Shown: positions 8,955 through 18,135 of the stretch, in pieces | How the letters are laid out: each line of letters starts with the position of its first letter | Position numbering within the stretch: position 1 is the first letter of the stretch | Source: a candidate division WOR-3 bacterium | GTDB taxonomy: Bacteria > Hydrothermota > Tepidihabitantia > Tepidihabitantales > CAIPLT01 | Direction of reading: 5' to 3' | DNA: 25,355 nucleotides | Assembly: GCA_965649215.1 (NCBI GenBank) | Contig: CBFGJZ010000004.1 | Location: forward strand, 73,061-98,415 | The notes under the pieces: generated by a model | Databases searched by the model: none | The model's input: the letters and a program-made list of their open reading frames with translations, nothing else | What the model was told of the DNA's origin: nothing | Made by a program: the position numbers and the translations under genes

Positions 8955-10496
8955 ATGAAATATATTACATTTTTATTATTAATAAGTGTCGTTATTTTAC
9001 TAAATTGTGAAAAGAAATTGAACATCCCAACCACACCCGCTGGTCCTGATAGTGGTATTATTAACTATACTTATACTTTTTCTTCATCAGCAATTGATAT
9101 CGATAATGATAGTATCTCGATTCGTTTTGATTGGGGTGATGGAGATACTTCGAATTGGAGTAACTATGTTATCTCCGGTGGTATTGTTAGTGCATCTCAT
9201 TTTTGGCGAAATGCGGGAACTTATGCTATTCGAGCCCAAGCCCGCAATAAATCAATGCTTTTCTCTGATTGGTCATTAAGTAAAGATATTACCATCACGT
9301 CAAATCGTCCTCCTGATGCTCCCGAAAATCCAATCGGACCATACGCAGGGACAGTTAATGTCTATTACTCGTTTTCTACAACTGCTTTTGACCCTGATGC
9401 TGATAGTGTTGCTTATCAATTTGACTGGGGTGATGGTGAAATTTCGGAATGGTCAGAATTCAAACCTGTTGGTGTAATGATTACAATGCAACATGCCTGG
9501 TCTGATAGTGGTTTTTATCTCATTCGTGCCCGAGCCAAAGACATTTACGGGTTAATTTCTGATTGGTCTTATACCCATAATTTGCAGATAAATATTACTG
9601 GTAGTCTTTTCCCTAATTATGTCACAAATCATATATCGGTTGGTATTGAACCAGTCAGTATTGCCGTCCTACCAAACGGTAATTATCTATATGTTGCCAA
9701 CCAAGTTAGTTCTGATCTCTCGGTCATTCAAAGTTCCAATCATACAGTTATTACGACTATTCCAGTTGGTATGAATCCAAGTTGTGTTGTTGCCGACCCC
9801 AATAATAACTATGTCTATGTTGCCAATACGACAAGTAATAATATAATGGTTATTCGCACTTCTGATAATACGGTGGTGCACACAATTCCCGTTGGTATTT
9901 TACCATCGGGCATCGCGGTCCTACCCAATAGCCAGTATCTCTATGTTACTAATCTTGGTAGTGATAACATTTCCGTGATTCGAACCTCTGACTTCTCAGT
10001 CATTGCAACTATCCCGAATATCAATCAACCGAGTGGTATCATCAGCTTATCCAATGGCCAATATCTTTATGTTGCTTCGCCCTATCATAACAGTATCACA
10101 GTTATTAAAGTTTCCGATAATTCAATTTATGCTAATATCATAACTCCAAATCAACCAACTCAACTCACTGCGTCATTAGATGGTGAATATATCTTTGTCA
10201 CGAACTACGGTGATAACTCGGTTTCCGTGATTCGCACAAGTGATAATACAATCATTGCAACGATACCAATTGCCAATGGTCCTTCGGGCATTACTACTTA
10301 TCCCAGTAATTTCTATCTCTATGTTTCTCAACAAAACAATAATTCAATTTCTGTTATTAATGGTTTGAACCATAAAGTTGTCGCTTTAATTCCTGTGCAG
10401 ACAAATCCGACTGGAATTGGCGCACATCCCAATGGTAATTTTATCTATGTTACTAATAGCAGTTCTAATACGGTTTCAGTGATAAGAAAATTTTAA
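8955..10496 (+). CDS. Lipoprotein with two PKD-like domains and a 7-bladed YVTN (YncE-like) beta-propeller
   Basis: Lipobox-like LLNC at residue 18. Two P..P.GP..FDWGDG..S.WS..H.W...G.Y.IRA.A....SDWS domains. Seven 42-aa repeats containing YLYVAN/YVTN..SVI. Confidence 0.88.
   Translation: MKYITFLLLISVVILLNCEKKLNIPTTPAGPDSGIINYTYTFSSSAIDIDNDSISIRFDWGDGDTSNWSNYVISGGIVSASHFWRNAGTYAIRAQARNKSMLFSDWSLSKDITITSNRPPDAPENPIGPYAGTVNVYYSFSTTAFDPDADSVAYQFDWGDGEISEWSEFKPVGVMITMQHAWSDSGFYLIRARAKDIYGLISDWSYTHNLQINITGSLFPNYVTNHISVGIEPVSIAVLPNGNYLYVANQVSSDLSVIQSSNHTVITTIPVGMNPSCVVADPNNNYVYVANTTSNNIMVIRTSDNTVVHTIPVGILPSGIAVLPNSQYLYVTNLGSDNISVIRTSDFSVIATIPNINQPSGIISLSNGQYLYVASPYHNSITVIKVSDNSIYANIITPNQPTQLTASLDGEYIFVTNYGDNSVSVIRTSDNTIIATIPIANGPSGITTYPSNFYLYVSQQNNNSISVINGLNHKVVALIPVQTNPTGIGAHPNGNFIYVTNSSSNTVSVIRKF
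9621..10493 (+). repeat. Seven tandem ~126-bp (42-aa) YVTN coding repeats
   Basis: Protein repeats start VTNHISVG, VITTIPVG, VVHTIPVG, VIATIPNI, IYANIITP, IIATIPIA, VVALIPVQ. DNA similarity is still visible, e.g. ggtgataac..tttccgtgattcg recurs. Confidence 0.85.
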
Positions 10497-11785
10497 TTTA
10501 GGTTCTTCGCAAGTACCGCTGAGATTTTTTTGCTGATAGTTCTATGAGTAGTCTTGTACTCTAAGTAAATAACATAAATCCCAATCGGAACGATCTGACC
10601 CTTATCGTTTTTACCATCCCAGAATATCAGATTATTTGAATTAACTCTTTCGTTATTAATAAGTTTTCTAATTAATCGGCCATTCAAGTCATAAATAAGA
10701 AGTGTCAATCTTCCATATTGCTCACCAAAATCATAATAAATCATTAGACTATCATCAATCCCATCACCATCTGGGCTAAAGATACTCTTGATTAGTCCGA
10801 AATCCCCCACCGCTGCACTCGTTTTAATGATTGTCGAAAGTCGATTATTCTCAAATCTAATATCATCAGGAAAATTAACAATTGCCCAGATTGTATGCTG
10901 ACCCGAGGCAATGGACTGCCATACAAAACTTAATGTTGTTTCCTGGTTAACCGCTAAACCAGCACCGATTGTACAAAATAATTGTTCACCGCTATCTTCA
11001 ATACCATTGCAGTTTTTATCATTAAACACTACAACATCCCAACAATAAGCTGTTTGATAACCAACATTTTTTACCACAACAAAAACTGTATCAGCGGTGT
11101 TTGGTGCTACATATGGTGGTCGGGTATAAATATTCATAAGTGCCAAATCAAAGTAAGATAAGACGCTATTAGCTCGACCGACCGTTACGCCGTTTGAATC
11201 CAAACAACCAATCCAATTTATTCGGTTGTCCTCAAGTTCTGGTGATTTACGTTCCCACGAAATACCATCACCAACATCATATGGAAAAGAATCGTTAACA
11301 TTAAACGGAGTACCAAAACTCGAGCTGTCGCCACTCAAAGAATAAAGTAATAATGGGTCATTGGTCTGTAATTCATTACCAATGGTCGTATTACCAACTG
11401 TCAGCACAATCAAACTATCAGGCAATTGGTAGGGTTGAATTTCACCCCCGCTGGGATTAGAACTCGTATATTCAGGATCTAAAATCAAAGCATACTGATG
11501 GGGTGGAATTAAAAAAGTATTAATGCGTACTTGTGGATATTTAATCAAAATATTCGTATCCGTCCAAGCAATAATACTATCTGTTGCATCAAAATCGGTA
11601 ATTCGCCATCCACGCACATTAACTGTTTCTTGGCTGATATTAAAAAGCTCAATAAACTCATTACGGTCCTCAGGATACCCTGCGCCACTCACACCTCTGG
11701 GATTTGCCATTACTTCATTAATTACCAGTCGAGAAGAAAATTGCGAAAATAACATAGTTATCAATAAAGTAGTGTTAATAAGCAT
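10493..11785 (-). CDS. Exported lamin-tail-domain protein with CARDB-like domain and FlgD-Ig/T9SS-like C-terminus
   Basis: LTD pattern LVINEVMANP..EFIELFN..V.GWRITD. CARDB-like DLA..VKNVG..W...SG.HTI..D....NN. C-terminus FSPDGDGIDD..IYDLNGRLIRKL..WDGKNDKGQIVPIGIY. Stop codon overlaps that of the convergent gene (TTAA). Confidence 0.82.
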   Translation of the reverse strand: MLINTTLLITMLFSQFSSRLVINEVMANPRGVSGAGYPEDRNEFIELFNISQETVNVRGWRITDFDATDSIIAWTDTNILIKYPQVRINTFLIPPHQYALILDPEYTSSNPSGGEIQPYQLPDSLIVLTVGNTTIGNELQTNDPLLLYSLSGDSSSFGTPFNVNDSFPYDVGDGISWERKSPELEDNRINWIGCLDSNGVTVGRANSVLSYFDLALMNIYTRPPYVAPNTADTVFVVVKNVGYQTAYCWDVVVFNDKNCNGIEDSGEQLFCTIGAGLAVNQETTLSFVWQSIASGQHTIWAIVNFPDDIRFENNRLSTIIKTSAAVGDFGLIKSIFSPDGDGIDDSLMIYYDFGEQYGRLTLLIYDLNGRLIRKLINNERVNSNNLIFWDGKNDKGQIVPIGIYVIYLEYKTTHRTISKKISAVLAKNLN

Positions 11786-11800
11786 AATAATTATTCGGAG

Positions 11801-12367
11801 TTATTTCGGATTTACTTTGCTTCTCTCCGTAGCGGTTTGCAATAACTTACGACAATCACCACAAAACCGATTTGATTTTATATCAATACTGAGTATAGTA
11901 TTAGAAAGAAACATAACGCATTCCGCACGATAACAATGTTCTAATCCATAAAGTCGGCCGAGCGTATGAAAAATCTCTTTAATCACCCTACCCCAAAAGA
12001 TATTCTCGTCTTGATACATTTTATAATATATCGGCTTTAATCGAGTTATAGAAACAACCGCAACTTGTCGTTCAACATCTGCGATGTTAAAGACATATTC
12101 AGAATTTGGAGCATAAATATCAACATCACAAATTCCGATTACCATATTATTATTTTTTGTAAATCTTGTTAATGAGTCTAAAAAAGCATTAGTACGATAT
12201 TGATCACGATACTGATTATAAGAATTTGAAGGTAATGGTTGTTTATTGACTAACTCCACCGCTAAGTCAAACATCACTTTAATTTCATTACTAATATAAT
12301 TCAAAAGCAAAGATTCGATATGTTGAAAGGGAACTATTAAAACCTGCTTTTTTGATTCATTTGACAT
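11801..12367 (-). CDS. Archaemetzincin (peptidase M54) homologue with degenerate active site
   Basis: Family motifs YNQYRDQY, GICDVDIY....YVF, AVVSITRL, R..KE..HTLGR.YGLEHC....CVM..SN....ID.K...FC..C. The canonical HEXGH reads HTLGR here. Confidence 0.85.
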   Translation of the reverse strand: MSNESKKQVLIVPFQHIESLLLNYISNEIKVMFDLAVELVNKQPLPSNSYNQYRDQYRTNAFLDSLTRFTKNNNMVIGICDVDIYAPNSEYVFNIADVERQVAVVSITRLKPIYYKMYQDENIFWGRVIKEIFHTLGRLYGLEHCYRAECVMFLSNTILSIDIKSNRFCGDCRKLLQTATERSKVNPK

Positions 12368-12381
12368 GTTATTTGCAATTG

Positions 12382-12410
12382 ATTATCCCCAGAATTAGAT
12401 TATTTGTCAA
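12382..12410 (-). promoter_or_regulatory. sigma70-type promoter of the archaemetzincin-like / lamin-tail operon
   Basis: TTGACA (12410-12405), 17 nt, GATAAT (12387-12382), 14 nt, ATG. No SD motif. Confidence 0.6.
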
Positions 12411-12446
12411 TATTTTTATCTTAATTCAAGATATAGCTCATTATAA

Positions 12447-12475
12447 TTGACATTTACTAAAAGCTATTTTATAAT
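12447..12475 (+). promoter_or_regulatory. Perfect consensus sigma70 promoter, leaderless geometry, DUF2007-ppdK
   Basis: TTGACA (12447-12452), 17 nt, TATAAT (12470-12475), 6 nt, ATG at 12482. Confidence 0.88.
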
Positions 12476-12481
12476 CACAGG

Positions 12482-12724
12482 ATGGCACTGAAAGTACTCT
12501 ATAAACCTGAAGACGAACTTTTAGCAATGAGTTTAAAAGCATTATTGGAACAATCGGGCATCCCTGCGATTATTCGTTCCTATCAGATTCCTTACTATGA
12601 TGGACTTGCTAAAATGATGCGTCCGCAATGGGGTGAAATATTAGTTGATGAAGATGATTACGAAGAGGCCCAACAACTGATTAATGACTTTTTAGCGTCC
12701 CAAGAAAATCCGCCATCATCTTAA
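12482..12724 (+). CDS. DUF2007 family putative signal-transducing protein
   Basis: 80 aa with pattern VLY...DE..A..LKALLEQSGIPA....G....EILV.E.D.EEA.QLI. Confidence 0.8.
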   Translation: MALKVLYKPEDELLAMSLKALLEQSGIPAIIRSYQIPYYDGLAKMMRPQWGEILVDEDDYEEAQQLINDFLASQENPPSS

Positions 12725-12780
12725 ATTAAAAGATTGAAACAAGCATCGTTACAAATTAAAATAGGTCAAAATAAATAAAG

Positions 12781-15411
12781 ATGATATATGTCTATCGATT
12801 TGGTAATCTAAGAGCAGATGGTTCTGCTCGCCTTTCTGCTTTATTAGGTGGTAAAGGGGCCGGTCTTGCGGAAATGACCAATCTCGGTATCCCCGTTCCA
12901 CCGGGTTTTACCATCACAACCAAAGTTTGCATTCATTATCTCAAAACTGGTCAATATCCCAAACGTCTCCTTAAAGAAGTAAAACAAGGAATGAAATTCA
13001 TAGAAAATATCACTGGTCGTAAATTCGGTAGTGCTGAAAACCCACTGCTCTTATCTGTCCGCTCAGGCGCAAAAGCATCGATGCCAGGTATGCTTGACAG
13101 TGTTCTCAATCTCGGTCTCAATGATACGACAGTTAATGGATTAGCTCGCTTAACCCAAAATCGCCGTTTTGCATTAGACAGTTATCGACGGTTTATTGAA
13201 ATGTTTAGTGAAGTCGTCCTTGATTTACCACCTGAAATATTTGAACAGATTCTAGAATCAGAAAAAAAACGCCATAATCTAAAACAAGATTCTGAATTAA
13301 CGGAGAATACTTTAGAATATATAATTCGTCATTATAAAATAAAAGTATTAGAATTAACTCACAAACCATTCCCAGAAAATCCATTTGATCAACTTTGGCA
13401 ATCCATTACCGCAGTCTTTGAATCTTGGAACAATCCCCGTGCCATAGAATACCGTCGCATTTACAAAATACCTGAGGATTGGGGAACTGCAGTCAATGTT
13501 CAAGCAATGGTCTTTGGTAACCTTGGCGAAACATCCGCAACTGGTGTTGTCTTTACTCGAAATCCCGCAACGGGTGAAAAAGAACCCTATGGTGAATATC
13601 TGATTAACGCTCAAGGAGAAGATATTGTCGCTGGCATTAGAACTCCCAAACCAATTGAATGGCTTAAAGAAACCCATCCCAAAAATTACGAGCAGTTACT
13701 AAGAATTTTACGAAAATTAGAGAATCACTACCGAGATATGCAAGATGTTGAATTTACTATTGAAGATAATCGTTTATGGATTTTACAATCAAGAAGAGCC
13801 AAACGCACTCCTCGTGCTGCTGTAAAAATTGCCTACGATATGCATAAAGAGAAACTCATTACCAAAGCCCAAGCAATTATGCGTATCGCTCCAAAAGATG
13901 TAGAAGCCTTACTCCACCCAATGATTTCTGATAAAGAAAAAACTCCCCCTTTAGCAAAAGGTATTCCTGCTTCTCCCGGTGCAACTTCGGGTTATGCCAT
14001 ATTTTCAACACCGACGGCAATCAAAATGGGACGTCAAGGTCTAAAAGTGATTTTAGTGCGCCCTAAAACATCCGCTGAAGATGTTGGTGGAATGGCTCAT
14101 GCAGTTGGGTTTCTTACTGCTACCGGTGGTATGACTTCTCACGCTGCAGTTGTTGCGCGGGGTATGGGGAAACCCTGCATTGTCGGTTGTGAAGATATAA
14201 AAATAGATGAAACTAACCAGAAAGCGATGTTTGGCAATCAAGAAATCAAACAAGGTACTAAAATCACAATTGACGGCACCACTGGTTTAGTATATTTAGG
14301 AGAATTAAAGACTCAAGCAACTGAGCTCTCTTTAGAATTTAAAACAATATTGCAATGGGCCGATGAAATTCGTACTTTAAAAGTTCGTACTAATGCTGAC
14401 ACGCCTCAAGATGCCTTACTCGCGCGTCGCTATGGTGCCGAGGGGATTGGTCTGTGTCGCACTGAACATATGTTTTTCGGTAATAAAAGAATCCAAGCTA
14501 TGCGAGAAATGATATTAGCCACTAATGCTGAACAACGGACTCGAGCTTTAAATAAACTCTTACCATTCCAAAAACAAGATTTTATTGAAATCTTTAAAGT
14601 AATGGATGGCTTACCGGTGACAATTCGTACCTTGGATCCCCCTCTACACGAATTTTTACCCAAAGAAGAAAAACAGATCATCAGCATAGCCAAGCGACTA
14701 AAAATACCACTTGAAAAAGTCAAACAGCGGATCAATCAACTCAAGGAAGATAATCCTATGCTGGGCTTTCGTGGTTGTCGACTCGGTATTATCTATCCCG
14801 AAATTACTGAAATGCAAGCCCAAGCAATTTTTGAAGCCGCTTGCGAAGCGACTAAACAGGGAATAAAAGTATTACCTGAAATAATGGTGCCTTTGGTTAG
14901 CTCAGTCAGCGAACTTATTAACCAAAAAAAGATCATTGAAAGAATTGCCAATCTCATGATGGCAAAATATCAAGTTAAGATAAATTACAGCATTGGGACA
15001 ATGATTGAGATTCCTCGTGCCGCACTGATTGCCGATGAAATTGCTCGTCAAGCCGATTTTTTCTCTTTTGGTACTAATGATTTGACACAGACCGTCTTTG
15101 GCTACTCTCGTGATGACGCTGGCAAATTTCTTCCATACTATCTAAATAATGGTATTCTCAATACCGATCCCTTTGAAACCATAGACAAAGATGGAGTTGG
15201 CCTACTAATAAAAACTGCTGTAAAATTGGGCAGAAAAGTTAACCCTGAATTAAAAATCGGTGTTTGCGGTGAACATGGTGGAGATCCGACCTCAATTAAT
15301 TTTTTCCACAAAGTAGGGTTAGATTATATTAGTGCATCTCCTTATAGAATACCCGGTGCCAGAATCGCTGCTGCCCAAGCCGTAATCAATAATAAAAACA
15401 AAGTCACTTAA
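12781..15411 (+). CDS. ppdK: Pyruvate, phosphate dikinase
   Basis: Motifs LLGGKGAGLAEM, PVPPGFTITT, SVRSGA..SMPGM, phospho-His GGMTSHAAVVARG, GIGLCRTEHMFF, NPMLGFRGCRLG, SFGTNDLTQ, GVCGEHGGDP. Confidence 0.97.
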   Translation: MIYVYRFGNLRADGSARLSALLGGKGAGLAEMTNLGIPVPPGFTITTKVCIHYLKTGQYPKRLLKEVKQGMKFIENITGRKFGSAENPLLLSVRSGAKASMPGMLDSVLNLGLNDTTVNGLARLTQNRRFALDSYRRFIEMFSEVVLDLPPEIFEQILESEKKRHNLKQDSELTENTLEYIIRHYKIKVLELTHKPFPENPFDQLWQSITAVFESWNNPRAIEYRRIYKIPEDWGTAVNVQAMVFGNLGETSATGVVFTRNPATGEKEPYGEYLINAQGEDIVAGIRTPKPIEWLKETHPKNYEQLLRILRKLENHYRDMQDVEFTIEDNRLWILQSRRAKRTPRAAVKIAYDMHKEKLITKAQAIMRIAPKDVEALLHPMISDKEKTPPLAKGIPASPGATSGYAIFSTPTAIKMGRQGLKVILVRPKTSAEDVGGMAHAVGFLTATGGMTSHAAVVARGMGKPCIVGCEDIKIDETNQKAMFGNQEIKQGTKITIDGTTGLVYLGELKTQATELSLEFKTILQWADEIRTLKVRTNADTPQDALLARRYGAEGIGLCRTEHMFFGNKRIQAMREMILATNAEQRTRALNKLLPFQKQDFIEIFKVMDGLPVTIRTLDPPLHEFLPKEEKQIISIAKRLKIPLEKVKQRINQLKEDNPMLGFRGCRLGIIYPEITEMQAQAIFEAACEATKQGIKVLPEIMVPLVSSVSELINQKKIIERIANLMMAKYQVKINYSIGTMIEIPRAALIADEIARQADFFSFGTNDLTQTVFGYSRDDAGKFLPYYLNNGILNTDPFETIDKDGVGLLIKTAVKLGRKVNPELKIGVCGEHGGDPTSINFFHKVGLDYISASPYRIPGARIAAAQAVINNKNKVT

Positions 15412-15509
15412 GCTTTTCATATTAAAAGATTTAAGATATAAAATATATAATAGACTTAAATCCCGAAAAAGATAAAATTAAAATTTTTAAATATCAATTT
15501 TTTTATTTA

Positions 15510-15538
15510 TTGACTTTTATTAGTTCGCATAATAAATT
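15510..15538 (+). promoter_or_regulatory. sigma70-type promoter, leaderless geometry, transglutaminase-domain gene
   Basis: TTGACT (15510-15515), 17 nt, TAAATT (15533-15538), 6 nt, ATG at 15545. Confidence 0.65.
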
Positions 15539-15544
15539 ATAGAG

Positions 15545-18073
15545 ATGTTAATTTTCTTATTCTTGTCTCTTCTTAATTTTAATCCGGATTCGATTCTAGT
15601 ACGTGCTGGTGAAAATGCTTCGGAAGTTAAAAAATTTATACTAATATCACAACAAAAAGGCTATCAAAACTGGGCTCAGTTTTTACTATCCGCAATGCCT
15701 GATGTTGATTTAGTTAATCTTAAAGCAGATGATTTTATCAACTATTTTGATGCCCTTAACAAAAATTATCAAAGAGTACCTTGGAAGAATATAATTGACA
15801 CGAACTTATTCTATCATTATATCTTACCCCATCGCGTCAGCCAGGAACCTTTAGAAAATTTCACTGAAATTTATGTTGACACACTCTACAATCTAATTAA
15901 AAAAACCAGAAATATGCGTGATGCAGTGTTTAAAATAAATGAATGGGTCTATACCAAAATGGTTTATGAACCCACTGAATACTGGGATCAGAATGCTTTA
16001 ACAACAATAAAACGTGGTATAGGTAGATGTGAAGAAATGTCAATATTATTTATTAAAGCATTACGAACCGTTTGTATCCCCGCCCGTCACACTTATACGC
16101 CGTGGTGGGCTCATACCAATAGTAATCATGCTTGGGTTGAAATTTGGGTAGATGGAAAATGGCACTCCCTTGGCGGTGGTGAGCTGACCGACCTTGATAA
16201 TGCCTGGTTTGAAACTCCTTCTAAACGCGCACCGATTATAAAAAGCATTGTCTATGGTCAACTTTCTTCTGAAAAAGAGATTATTGATAAAAGCGAATCA
16301 AACTATACGATTATCAATTCAACGCCTAATTACAGTGATGTTACTCAACTCTATGTTCAAGTTAAACAAGATAACTTACCCATCGAAAATGCTTCGGTTT
16401 CAATCAATGTCTATAACTATTCGTCATTCGTTCCTGTCGGATTAAAAAAAACCGATCTAAATGGATATGTGCAATGGTATGTCGGTAAAACTGATTTGTA
16501 TATCTATGCTTACAAAAACGCTCAAATCGGATATTATATTTGGAGACCATCTGATAAACCCACCGATACAGTCATCATCATCCTATCAAAGAATGAAATT
16601 CCTGATACTTCATTTTGGTTATATACAAAAAGAATAAGTAGTAATAACTATAAATCCAAATACAAACCGAATACAAAATTGTTAAATAAAATTAGAGAAA
16701 AAAATCTAACTAAAATCAACATTTTTGATAGCCTTTCAAGTCAGAAGTTAAATAACATCGATACTAATCTAAGTAAAATTTTACAAGATGCCCATGGTAA
16801 CGCTCAAACCCTTTTACAATTTTACTCAAATCTACCGACCCTTAAAAAAATAACATTTATTCAATATTGTAACACCCTTACTTCAAAAGATTTAGTAGCA
16901 CTCGACACCGTCGGCTTATTTAAAGAACTCAGCGCTATCCAGCGAGCTGTAAATCAATATAAAAATAAAATCTCTGATTCAATCATTCGCGACTTTCTTA
17001 TCTGCCCACGTATTCAATACGAGCAACTTGGTAAATGGCGTTTTTCCCTTCAAAGTGTCATCGACGAATACCACCCCCTCCTTTTTGCACCATCTTCTGT
17101 AATTCCAATTAAAGAAAAAGTTGATAGTATAATAAACTGGGTCAGAACCAATATCAAACTTATAAAAGAAGACGATGTTTTTGGACCGATGATGAATCCA
17201 CAAGATGTTTATAAAGCAAAACGCGCAACAAAAATTGAACAATATATCTTTATTGTCGGGATGTTGCGAAGTATTGGCATTCCATCTCGAATAAAATGGA
17301 GCGAAGATGGATTTGAATATTGGGATGGTGACTGGCAGGAAGAAAGTTTTGATGCCAAAATAAAAAAGCAGAAGGCGTGGGTGAGTATTAAATTTGAAGC
17401 CAACAATTTAAATGTCACGGATAAAACTAAGTATTATGAAGACTACAGTATCACTAAGTTTCATGAATCACCAACTCGTTTTGAACCGCCAATCGACACT
17501 TTTAACGGACATGCTGTTATTACTTTAGATAACGAACCTCCATATCTCATAACCGGATGGCGAAATGGTTTTGGCGATACCTACTTGAGAATAAAAAGAA
17601 TAATGCCCACCGTCGATACCACTTATTATACTATTAAGTTAGATATTCCAGTTGATTTCAAACCTGGCGATCTAATGGTCAGAGCATATCAAGAGTTTGT
17701 CAATCTCGATAAAGTCAAACTGAGCAGTCAAGATATTAATATCGGTGATGTATTACTTATAGTTATTGATGCCGATAGTGAAGCTTCTAAATCAACTATT
17801 AATAATGCCTGGGATGCAATTAATAATTTCTCGGGAAAAGTATATATATTTCATACCTCCAAGAAAAGGGGCTTGCAAACTTGGTATTTTAATCTGCTTG
17901 ATAGACCTAACCGCTTTGGCCATTATGTTAATGACGAAATAATTAAATCATGGCATATTAAAGAATTACCTTCTGTAATATATTTGCGTAATGGCGAGTG
18001 TTTATTCTGGATGGAAGGACTTAATCTTCATCTCTCAAAAATTATCCAAACCCTCCAAACTTCAGATAATTAA
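15545..18073 (+). CDS. Large transglutaminase-like domain protein (two TG-like modules)
   Basis: First module GIGRCEEMS.....LR..CIPAR..YTPWWAH....HAWVE.W.DG.W, with Cys and His intact. Second module LRSIGIPSR lacks the Cys. Short hydrophobic N-terminus. Confidence 0.85.
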   Translation: MLIFLFLSLLNFNPDSILVRAGENASEVKKFILISQQKGYQNWAQFLLSAMPDVDLVNLKADDFINYFDALNKNYQRVPWKNIIDTNLFYHYILPHRVSQEPLENFTEIYVDTLYNLIKKTRNMRDAVFKINEWVYTKMVYEPTEYWDQNALTTIKRGIGRCEEMSILFIKALRTVCIPARHTYTPWWAHTNSNHAWVEIWVDGKWHSLGGGELTDLDNAWFETPSKRAPIIKSIVYGQLSSEKEIIDKSESNYTIINSTPNYSDVTQLYVQVKQDNLPIENASVSINVYNYSSFVPVGLKKTDLNGYVQWYVGKTDLYIYAYKNAQIGYYIWRPSDKPTDTVIIILSKNEIPDTSFWLYTKRISSNNYKSKYKPNTKLLNKIREKNLTKINIFDSLSSQKLNNIDTNLSKILQDAHGNAQTLLQFYSNLPTLKKITFIQYCNTLTSKDLVALDTVGLFKELSAIQRAVNQYKNKISDSIIRDFLICPRIQYEQLGKWRFSLQSVIDEYHPLLFAPSSVIPIKEKVDSIINWVRTNIKLIKEDDVFGPMMNPQDVYKAKRATKIEQYIFIVGMLRSIGIPSRIKWSEDGFEYWDGDWQEESFDAKIKKQKAWVSIKFEANNLNVTDKTKYYEDYSITKFHESPTRFEPPIDTFNGHAVITLDNEPPYLITGWRNGFGDTYLRIKRIMPTVDTTYYTIKLDIPVDFKPGDLMVRAYQEFVNLDKVKLSSQDINIGDVLLIVIDADSEASKSTINNAWDAINNFSGKVYIFHTSKKRGLQTWYFNLLDRPNRFGHYVNDEIIKSWHIKELPSVIYLRNGECLFWMEGLNLHLSKIIQTLQTSDN

Positions 18074-18135
18074 TTTCCTTAAATCTAAAATACTATATTT
18101 TTATAAAACAGAAAATTGAAAAGCTGTATAAAATA

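Noticed and set aside
9621..10493. Periodic DNA similarity suggesting a CRISPR array or DGR-type repeat
   Set aside because: Explained by in-frame 42-aa YVTN coding repeats. No identical repeats with spacers, and no cas or reverse transcriptase gene.
15428..15462. 8-bp inverted repeat GATTTAAG/CTTAAATC after ppdK
   Set aside because: Large loop, AT-rich, no adjacent U-tract. Compatible with chance.
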